From a virus (lineage: Duplodnaviria; Caudoviricetes), in the IMG/VR virus record IMGVR_UViG_3300038312_000091, positions 1 through 40,887 of that record: a DNA stretch of 40,887 bases; one strand, given 5' to 3'. Made by a program: the position numbers and the translations under genes. Within the stretch, counting starts at the first letter, position 1. The number at the start of each line of letters is the position of its first letter. Of the stretch, positions 8,298 to 16,042 are shown piece after piece. The notes beneath the pieces are model-generated. The model saw only the letters and a list, made by a program, of their open reading frames with translations. It ran no database searches and was not told the DNA's origin.

Positions 8298-9797
8298 ATG
8301 CTTAATGGATTAAAAGGAATGTTAATAAAATGGTTGGGCATTATGCCTACAGAAAACCCTGTAAGCATTGTGGTGCGTGAGATTACTACCAGAGAGGTCA
8401 ATACACTAAAGAATCAGCTGTGGTACAGGGGTGACCCTGTAGAACTTGAACAATTTTACAAACAAGCTGCTTCTTTAGATTCAGTCAGCGGTGTAAGTGC
8501 TACAAGATTTTGGGCTGCTTCTTCAAAGAATGGAGCTGAAATCAGAAAGATACACAGCGGATTGCCCAGAATGATTGCGGATAAACTTGCTGGTATTGTT
8601 ACTGAGGACATGAATGAACCAAATATGGAGCAAGCTATAAAAGATAGGTGGGAATCTGTAACAAAAGAATATTTTGATGAGCTTCTGGATATAGCAGTGG
8701 CTGCTACCTTATCTGAAGGTGATGGAGCATTCAAGATATGTGTTGACCCAACTATAAGCGACAAACCTATCATAGAGTTTTTTGCTGGTAATAAGGTAGA
8801 TTTTGTGTATAAACGAGGTATTTTGATTGAAATAATCTTTTATACTGACTATTGGAAACAATCAAAACACTTTAAGTTAGCAGAACATTACGGTAAAGGT
8901 TATGTTAGATACAAACTTGTGGATGACTTGAATAGTGAATACCCTTTAGATACTTTAGAAGAAACGATGGAACTTGTAGATGTAGCTTTTGAGGGAGATT
9001 TCATGATGGCTGTTCCTCTTAAAATATATCCAAGTGCTAAGTGGGGAGACAGGGGTGAGAGCATATTTGAGGGTAAAGGCGATATGTTCGATGCTTTGGA
9101 TGAGTGTGTATCTACTTGGATGGATGCTATTAGAGGGGGCAGAGTAAAACAATATATTCCTGATGACTTAGTACCAAGAAATGAAGATACAGGACAGATG
9201 TTGAAGCCTGATGTGTTTAATCCATTTTATGTTAAGGGTACAAATTTGGCTGAAGATTCTGAAAACAAGATAGAAGTAATACAGGGTCAAATAGAGTATG
9301 AGGGCTATCTAAACACATACATTACTCTGTTAGACTGCTGTCTACAAGGGCTGATTTCACCTTCTACTCTAGGTATTGATGTTAAAAAGTTAGATAATGC
9401 GGAATCTCAAAGGGAAAAAGAGAAAACTACATTATACACAAGAGACAAAATAATTGGTTCTTTAGCTAAAGTATTACCTAAATTAGTGGAAGCAGTATTG
9501 AAGACAGAAGATACAATAAATGGCAAGATGCCTCCTGAAGTTTATGAAAGCACTTTTGAGTGGGGGCAATATGCTAATCCAAGTTTTGAAGCTATTGTTG
9601 AAACAGTGGGTAAAGCCAAGACTTATGGAATCATGTCTATAGAAAGATGTGTAGAAGAGTTATATGGTGATACAATGACTGAAGAAGACAAGGCTGAAGA
9701 AGTGTTAAGGCTTAAACAAGAATCTACTCTTGGGGTAGACATAGAACAACCAGCAGTCAATGACGAATTGAATGTAGGTGAGGTAAATGCCGTATAA
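8298..9797 (+). CDS. Portal protein (A118/SPP1-like)
   Basis: 499 aa after terL; HSGLP..IAD, GDGAFK, SPSTLGID. Confidence 0.88.
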   Translation: MLNGLKGMLIKWLGIMPTENPVSIVVREITTREVNTLKNQLWYRGDPVELEQFYKQAASLDSVSGVSATRFWAASSKNGAEIRKIHSGLPRMIADKLAGIVTEDMNEPNMEQAIKDRWESVTKEYFDELLDIAVAATLSEGDGAFKICVDPTISDKPIIEFFAGNKVDFVYKRGILIEIIFYTDYWKQSKHFKLAEHYGKGYVRYKLVDDLNSEYPLDTLEETMELVDVAFEGDFMMAVPLKIYPSAKWGDRGESIFEGKGDMFDALDECVSTWMDAIRGGRVKQYIPDDLVPRNEDTGQMLKPDVFNPFYVKGTNLAEDSENKIEVIQGQIEYEGYLNTYITLLDCCLQGLISPSTLGIDVKKLDNAESQREKEKTTLYTRDKIIGSLAKVLPKLVEAVLKTEDTINGKMPPEVYESTFEWGQYANPSFEAIVETVGKAKTYGIMSIERCVEELYGDTMTEEDKAEEVLRLKQESTLGVDIEQPAVNDELNVGEVNAV

Positions 9798-11445
9798 TAT
9801 CAACCAAATATTCGCTGATATGGAGCAAGAGCTAATTGAGAGTTACAAAAGGAACATGGCTAAACACTCACAGCAAGAACTCAAGGAAGGGTTCAAATGG
9901 GAGATGTGGCAAGCTCAAAAGCTCAAAGACTTAAAAGAATATAGAAAAGAAGCTAAAATCATTATAGACAAGCACAGTAAGAGAGCAAAAGAAGAATCTA
10001 CAGGTGAACTCTGGAGTAGTTTTAGTAAGGGTGTAAATACTGTAGATGCTGTAACAAAAAGTATACGCAAGACAGTTGCTGATGATAGCTTTTTTAGGAT
10101 GAACAGGTTGAAAGTTAATTCTCTTGTAGATGCTGTAAATAATGACTTTGGTGTAGCTAATGTAGCAGCTCTTAGACTGGTTGATGATAAATACAGACAA
10201 GTAATATTTAAGAGTCAATTGATGTATGCTGCTGGTGCTAAGACATTACCGCAAGCTATAGACATGGCAGCTAATGATTTCTTACATGCAGGCATAAATT
10301 GTATACAGTACAAGAACGGCGCTAAAGTCAATATAGCAAGCTACTGCGAAGCAACTTTGAGGGCATCATCAAAAAAGTCTTACTTGACTGGTGAGGGTAG
10401 CAGGATGGCTGATATGGGACTGTCTCTTGTACAAGTAACTTCTTATGGGGGGTGTTCCGATACTTGTTTACCTTGGCAGGGCAAAGTTTATGTTGATGAC
10501 GTATATGCTGGAGGAAACCCAGATGGCAAGCACCCACTTTTATCTACAGCAATGGCTGAAGGGTTATATCACCCAAATTGCCGACACACTCATGGCCCAT
10601 GGTTTGAGGGTATATCCTATGAGCCCGTAGAACTAGATAGAGAGAAGATAAGAGCCACGTATTTAGCTGAGCAGAGACAACACGAAATTGAAAGAAAGAT
10701 ACGTGAGTGGAAGAGAGTTCAGGAAGGCAGTATAGACCCTTTAAATCAGCAAAGAGCTGGCTTAAAAGTGAAAGCATGGCAGAATGAGATGAGAACACAC
10801 TTAGAGAAGAATTCATTCCTGAGTAGAAAGCCCTACAGGGAGAAAACATATGGAATACCCTATAAGCCAGACAAGTTTGAGGTTAAGGTAGTTTCTGCTA
10901 AGAGAGTAGATGAGACATTCCATGAAGACTGGTCAAAAGGGTTAGTTGGGGATGAAATAACATCCTTATATAAATACTCAGGTGGTGAGTACGAGGATAT
11001 TAACAATTATCTAAGAGGGGTAGACAAAAAGCCTAGTCAAGAGATTAAGAAATATGCTGAAAATGCTGTATCTGCTTTAAACAAGGCAAGCTTACATGAA
11101 GACATGTCTTTGACAAGAGGTACAAGCAAAGAAGCTCTACAAAAGCTCATAGGAAAAGATGTAGACAAGCTTATAAAGAAAAGAGATTATAGCAGTTTAA
11201 TAGTTAGTGATAAAGGCATAATGTCCACTACAAAAGATATAAACACCAGTAAGGATTATTCTGACAAGGTACACATGGAAATATTTTTACACAAAGGGAC
11301 TAAGGCTGGTGACATATCTGATTTGTTAAAAACAGATGGGAGTGAAATTGCTATAGCCCCTGGAGTTAATTTTAGAATTGTATCCTTGAGAAAAAATAGA
11401 GATGGTGACATATTGGTTTCACTTAGAACAATACCAAAGAGATAG
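9787..11445 (+). CDS. MuF-type minor capsid protein with C-terminal ADP-ribosyltransferase-like domain
   Basis: C..CLPWQGKVY and HPNCRH (Phage_min_cap2); C-terminal YEDINNYLRG, LTRG, MSTT, SEIAI. Confidence 0.85.
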   Translation: MPYNINQIFADMEQELIESYKRNMAKHSQQELKEGFKWEMWQAQKLKDLKEYRKEAKIIIDKHSKRAKEESTGELWSSFSKGVNTVDAVTKSIRKTVADDSFFRMNRLKVNSLVDAVNNDFGVANVAALRLVDDKYRQVIFKSQLMYAAGAKTLPQAIDMAANDFLHAGINCIQYKNGAKVNIASYCEATLRASSKKSYLTGEGSRMADMGLSLVQVTSYGGCSDTCLPWQGKVYVDDVYAGGNPDGKHPLLSTAMAEGLYHPNCRHTHGPWFEGISYEPVELDREKIRATYLAEQRQHEIERKIREWKRVQEGSIDPLNQQRAGLKVKAWQNEMRTHLEKNSFLSRKPYREKTYGIPYKPDKFEVKVVSAKRVDETFHEDWSKGLVGDEITSLYKYSGGEYEDINNYLRGVDKKPSQEIKKYAENAVSALNKASLHEDMSLTRGTSKEALQKLIGKDVDKLIKKRDYSSLIVSDKGIMSTTKDINTSKDYSDKVHMEIFLHKGTKAGDISDLLKTDGSEIAIAPGVNFRIVSLRKNRDGDILVSLRTIPKR

Positions 11446-11498
11446 CTGACGAGCTATAAACGGAATAAGCCAACAGGCTATAAATGGAGGTAAAGAGA

Positions 11499-12185
11499 AT
11501 GTATAATCAAGAACTCAATAGTGAGGAATTTGAAATGAACCTTCAGCTGTTTGCTGAAGAGGGAACTGGCGGAGAAGAACAAAATGGTGGCTCTGGCGAA
11601 GGAAATAAGGATGAGTCAGGTAAAGAGTCAGGCAGTGGAAATAAGAGTGAAGAAGGCACAAAAAACGAACCTGAAAAGAAATTTACTCAATCTGATATGG
11701 ACAGGGCTATCAAAGACAGACTAGCCAGGGAAAAAAAGAACTTTGAAAAGAGATTAGATGAACTTAAAAAGCAGTTCACCGCTGGGGGTGACGGTGAGGG
11801 TAATGCCAATGCTGAAGCTCAACAGTCTAATGAAGAAGTTCTGAAGGCTCAACAGGCACTTCAAGTAGCTAACAAAAGACTTATAGATGCATCTGCTATA
11901 ACAGAAGCTATTAAGTTGGGAGTTGACCCAAAATATACTGCTGATGTGGTAAGATTAGCTGATTTGAGTAAAGTTGAAGTAAAAAAAGATGGGACTTTTG
12001 ATACAGGGGCTATTGCCAAAGCTATCAATGAAGTCATAGAAAGAGTGCCTGTGTTTAAGGCATCTACTGAAAACAAACAAGGTGGTTTTAAAGTAGGTGG
12101 AGAGGGTCAGAAACAACAGAATAGCAACAATGGTTGGAACAAGCAAGAATCAGGACAACAGAAAAGATGGAACAAATTTAGATAA
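11499..12185 (+). CDS. Head scaffolding protein
   Basis: MNLQLFAE, KFTQSDMDRAIKDRLARE coiled coil; GGAGG RBS favours ATG at 11499. Confidence 0.85.
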   Translation: MYNQELNSEEFEMNLQLFAEEGTGGEEQNGGSGEGNKDESGKESGSGNKSEEGTKNEPEKKFTQSDMDRAIKDRLAREKKNFEKRLDELKKQFTAGGDGEGNANAEAQQSNEEVLKAQQALQVANKRLIDASAITEAIKLGVDPKYTADVVRLADLSKVEVKKDGTFDTGAIAKAINEVIERVPVFKASTENKQGGFKVGGEGQKQQNSNNGWNKQESGQQKRWNKFR

Positions 12186-12203
12186 TAGGAGGGGGAAATA
12201 TTA

Positions 12204-13421
12204 ATGCCAAATGTAATAAACTATGCTGAACAGTGGTCAAGAGAACTGTTACAAACAATAATTCAGGGAACAATTTGTTCTCCGTTCATCACTGACAATG
12301 TGAGATGGTTAAATGCCAAAACTTTCCATTTCACCCAAATGGTAACTTCTGGCTATAAGAATCATAGCAGAACTGGTGGCTGGAACAGGGGTGCAGTAAC
12401 TCAAGCTGATATCCCATATACTCTATATCACGATAGAGATATTGAATTCTTAGTAGACAAGGCTGATGTGGATGAATCCAATCAGACAGCTACTATACAA
12501 AATATCTCTTCCAAATTCGTTGAGCTTCAAGCAAACCCTGAAATGGATGCTGAATTCTTCAGTAAGGTTGCTAAGATTGCAGGAGAAAATGATCTGTTGA
12601 CTTCTACAGCAAGAAGCTCTTACACTGTAGATAATGTATTTACAAGACTTAAAGCCATGATGAAGGCTGGAAAGCTCAGAGTTTATAGACAGAGGGGTTC
12701 TCTTGTTGCCTATGTATGCTCTGATATCATGGACTTATTAGAAAGAAGTAAAGAGTTCACAAGAAAGATTGAAATGACTCAAGTTGCTGACGGCGGCATG
12801 GGTATTGAGACAAGAGTTACAGAGATTGATGGCGTACCCTTGTTTGAAGTTGCCGATGATGAGAGATTTTACAATGACTTTGATTTCTCTTCTGCTGATG
12901 GTGGATTCGTACCAGCAGATGGAGCACAGAAAATCAACGTGTTGTTTGCTTCTGTAGAGATGGTGAAGAAAGTACCAAAGATTAGTTCTATATACTTCTT
13001 TGCACCAGGACAACACACAGAAGGAGATGGATACTTGTATCAGAACAGAGCGTACTCTGGTACATTCATATTTCCTAATGGAAAAGACAACAAGATAGAC
13101 AGTATATTTGTAGATGTAGATGCTTCAAGCACAACTCTTACAGTAGCATCCGTGGCAGGTACGGAAATTGGAGATTCCAAGATAACTGTAACTGAAGCTC
13201 TGTTAGATGAGACTAATGTATTCAAATATAAAGCAGCTGCTGTAGCACCTGTAATTCCTGCAGTTGGAACTAAACTTGGAACAGGCTGGATTACTTTGGA
13301 ATCTGGTAAAGACATAACTGTGACAAATGGCCATAAATTAGTAGTTGTTGAAGTTGGTGCTAATGGCATCATAGACAGAACTGTGGCTGAGGCTGTTACT
13401 GTAGTTAGCAAGACTGAATAA
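12204..13421 (+). CDS. Major capsid protein with C-terminal Ig-like extension
   Basis: INYAEQW start, HDRDIEF.VD..DVDE, DGYLYQNR; about 100 aa beta-rich tail. Confidence 0.88.
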   Translation: MPNVINYAEQWSRELLQTIIQGTICSPFITDNVRWLNAKTFHFTQMVTSGYKNHSRTGGWNRGAVTQADIPYTLYHDRDIEFLVDKADVDESNQTATIQNISSKFVELQANPEMDAEFFSKVAKIAGENDLLTSTARSSYTVDNVFTRLKAMMKAGKLRVYRQRGSLVAYVCSDIMDLLERSKEFTRKIEMTQVADGGMGIETRVTEIDGVPLFEVADDERFYNDFDFSSADGGFVPADGAQKINVLFASVEMVKKVPKISSIYFFAPGQHTEGDGYLYQNRAYSGTFIFPNGKDNKIDSIFVDVDASSTTLTVASVAGTEIGDSKITVTEALLDETNVFKYKAAAVAPVIPAVGTKLGTGWITLESGKDITVTNGHKLVVVEVGANGIIDRTVAEAVTVVSKTE

Positions 13422-13430
13422 GAAAAGGGG

Positions 13431-13784
13431 TTGAGTCAAGTGAGCTATGTAGATTCTGTCTATTACAAAGAAACCTATAGGGGTAACACAATCCCTGATG
13501 CTGAACTTGACTCATATCTACAAAAAGCATCTGACCAAATAGATATAGCAACATATTTTAGAATACAACAGCTTGGGAGTTTAACTGAATTCCAACAAAA
13601 ACAAATAAAGACTGCGGTTTGCTCCCAAGCTGATTCTCTGTATGAATATCAAGGTATTCCAGATGGGGTAAAGAGTTATAGTCTTGATGGTATGTCAGTT
13701 ACATTAGGAGATTCAACAGAAAGCATATCTAGCAAAGCTGTGGCATATTTAAGGTCAACAGGGCTTTTGTATAGGGGGTTGTAA
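13431..13784 (+). CDS. Head-tail adaptor (connector)
   Basis: ASDQID..T, AVC.QA, YLRSTGLLYRG; synteny. Confidence 0.8.
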   Translation: MSQVSYVDSVYYKETYRGNTIPDAELDSYLQKASDQIDIATYFRIQQLGSLTEFQQKQIKTAVCSQADSLYEYQGIPDGVKSYSLDGMSVTLGDSTESISSKAVAYLRSTGLLYRGL

Positions 13785-13785
13785 T

Positions 13786-14112
13786 ATGAAATTTCCGTAT
13801 TTTAAAAAGTGGGATACAACTCCTGTAACAGTTGAAATAACTGATGGAATTACAGAATATGGAGAAGACAATGTTGTATTCTTATATGGGGGTTTATGTA
13901 GATATAGTGAAAAGTTAAAAACCATAAGAACAGCAGATGGGCAACTAATAACTCTAAATGGTGTACTGACAATAGGGCAGGATATAGCCCCACATATTCC
14001 TTGCTTATCAGGTAGGGTAACAGTAAACAATAAGACTTGGAATATTTATAGTGGGTCAAGACCACGCAATCCAGATGGCACTGTTAGTTACACACGATTG
14101 GAGCTGATGTAG
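13786..14112 (+). CDS. Head closure / neck protein
   Basis: Synteny; RNPDGTV motif. Confidence 0.65.
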   Translation: MKFPYFKKWDTTPVTVEITDGITEYGEDNVVFLYGGLCRYSEKLKTIRTADGQLITLNGVLTIGQDIAPHIPCLSGRVTVNNKTWNIYSGSRPRNPDGTVSYTRLELM

Positions 14113-14492
14113 TGAAAGCTACTGTCACTATGAACAAGCAGGCAATTAAAGCTCTATCTAAAGCTCAATCACAAGCTATTGTAAATACAGCCCAGCAGAT
14201 GCTTAATGAGCAAAGAAATGATTTTGTATTTCCTTTTGACACAGGGAATTTGCAGAATGAATCAACATATGTTGATGACTCTAAAGCAGCTAAAGGTAAA
14301 GTCAGTATAGTTTCAGATATGCCATATGCCCGCAGGTTATACTATCACCCAGAATATAACTTTAACACAAGCAAGAATCCAAATGCGCGCGGAGAATGGT
14401 GGGCTGAATGGTTAGAGGGTGCTAAAAAATCCAGACCAAGTTATCTCTTTAAAGAATTCTATAGGAGATTGACAGGGGGTTATGTGAAATGA
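14112..14492 (+). CDS. Neck protein (Minor_capsid_2 / HK97 gp10-like)
   Basis: P.DTGNLQ..S and PYARRLYY. Confidence 0.8.
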   Translation: MKATVTMNKQAIKALSKAQSQAIVNTAQQMLNEQRNDFVFPFDTGNLQNESTYVDDSKAAKGKVSIVSDMPYARRLYYHPEYNFNTSKNPNARGEWWAEWLEGAKKSRPSYLFKEFYRRLTGGYVK

Positions 14493-14881
14493 TGACTACT
14501 ACAGACTTTAAAAACTATCTCAAACAAGAGTTCCCTGAGATTAAGTTCTATGTTGGAACCATCAATAAAAATGATGACAAGTGTGTTGGGGTATATCCTA
14601 GAGGGAATGTGCCCCCAAATATAGCTCTTGGTGGAGTAGAAAATACATCTTATTCAAAACTTCCTGTTACTCTTATTGTTCACTGGACACAAAATTCTAG
14701 TCTGTGCGAAGACACAGCCAATAGTATTTATGCAAGATTATTTGGGGCTTCAGGCATAATTGTTGAGGATATAAGGGTTATATCAATTGAGATGTTGGAT
14801 TCTGCCCCCATAAGCTTAGGCAGAGATGAAAACTCAATATGTGAAATGACAATACGATTGAATATAATATATGAAAGGTAG
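14489..14881 (+). CDS. Tail terminator (Minor_capsid_3-like)
   Basis: Synteny; P..LG.DEN...E motif. Confidence 0.7.
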   Translation: MMTTTDFKNYLKQEFPEIKFYVGTINKNDDKCVGVYPRGNVPPNIALGGVENTSYSKLPVTLIVHWTQNSSLCEDTANSIYARLFGASGIIVEDIRVISIEMLDSAPISLGRDENSICEMTIRLNIIYER

Positions 14882-14883
14882 GG

Positions 14884-15339
14884 ATGACAATGCCAGCAGC
14901 AACAGGTGTATTTCCAGTACACAATAACAAATTCAAAATTGGCTTAAACGGTAGAGAATCTGTAGAGCCAACTGACATGGTTGTTATAAAAGACTTAGAG
15001 ACTTTTGACCCAGGCATTGATGCTAACACAGAAGAATGGACACCCATGGATACTGAAGGCTGGATTAGGAGGGCTGTAACAGGCAAAGGGTTGACTTTCA
15101 GCTTCACAGGTAAAAGACAATATGGTGACCCAGGCAATGACTATATTGCAGGACTTTTGTTGGGCACAGGACAGGCAGTAGAATCCAAATTTGAGTGGGA
15201 ATTTCCTAGTGGTGCCAAGTTAGCTATGAATTGCGTAATTAACTTGACTAAGCCAGCAGGGGGAGATTCCACAAACATAGACAGCTTAGAATTTGAAGTC
15301 CTGTCTGATGGACTTCCAACATTTACGCCAGCTGTTTAA
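14884..15339 (+). CDS. Major tail tube protein
   Basis: EEW.PMD.EGW.R...TGK, GKR..GDPGNDY; followed by a terminator. Confidence 0.85.
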   Translation: MTMPAATGVFPVHNNKFKIGLNGRESVEPTDMVVIKDLETFDPGIDANTEEWTPMDTEGWIRRAVTGKGLTFSFTGKRQYGDPGNDYIAGLLLGTGQAVESKFEWEFPSGAKLAMNCVINLTKPAGGDSTNIDSLEFEVLSDGLPTFTPAV

Positions 15340-15352
15340 TCAGCTGGCTTTT
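15327..15352 (+). terminator. Intrinsic terminator after major tail gene
   Basis: GCCAGCTG-TTTAAT-CAGCTGGC-TTTT. Confidence 0.8.
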
Positions 15353-15381
15353 CCCTAAAAAATACAAATAGGAGGGTTAAT

Positions 15382-15684
15382 ATGTCTAAAGTAATAAATA
15401 TCACAGACAAATTAAGTAAAGATAAACCAACACTTGTGGTTGGTGACAAAGAGTATGAAGTCAATGACTCAATGGAAGTTGTCCTCAAGTTTGAAGAATT
15501 AGCATCAGAATTGACTATTGAGAATATGGAAAAAGCTATTACCTTGGCATTAGGCAAAGATGCTGTGAAAGACATGAAAATTCTAAAGATGAGTTTACAG
15601 AATTTTAAAGTATACATGATAGCTATACTTGCTGCTATGCAAGATATATCTTATGAGGAAGCAGAGGCACGATTTCCAAAATAA
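15382..15684 (+). CDS. Tail assembly chaperone (G-like)
   Basis: Synteny; AGGAGG RBS. Confidence 0.75.
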   Translation: MSKVINITDKLSKDKPTLVVGDKEYEVNDSMEVVLKFEELASELTIENMEKAITLALGKDAVKDMKILKMSLQNFKVYMIAILAAMQDISYEEAEARFPK

Positions 15685-16042
15685 GCATGATTCCCGTGAT
15701 TATTATGATTTACGGGAGGATTGGGGCTTGGTTGAGGCAAGCATAGCAAAACAGTATGGAATAAGAATAAGACAACATACAGATATGTCATGGCCTGAAT
15801 TTTGTACTTTAGTTAGCGGACTTATGCCAGATACACCTCTAGGACAAATAGTAAGCATTAGAGCTGAGATTGACTCAAAAGTAATAAAGAACTTTAATTC
15901 AGACCAAAAAAAGATATACAATGACTGGAGACTAAGACAAGCAAATAAGCAACTTGAAGACACTAATAAGCTGGACAAAGACATAGCAAACCTAGAAAAA
16001 ATGTTTGCATCTATGTTTGGAAATAAGGGGGTGAAAGAATGA
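15629..16042 (+). CDS. Tail assembly chaperone (Gp15/T-like); start uncertain
   Basis: QYGIR, M.W.EF..L.SGL...TPLG.IV.IR. Confidence 0.75.
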   Translation: MLLCKIYLMRKQRHDFQNKHDSRDYYDLREDWGLVEASIAKQYGIRIRQHTDMSWPEFCTLVSGLMPDTPLGQIVSIRAEIDSKVIKNFNSDQKKIYNDWRLRQANKQLEDTNKLDKDIANLEKMFASMFGNKGVKE

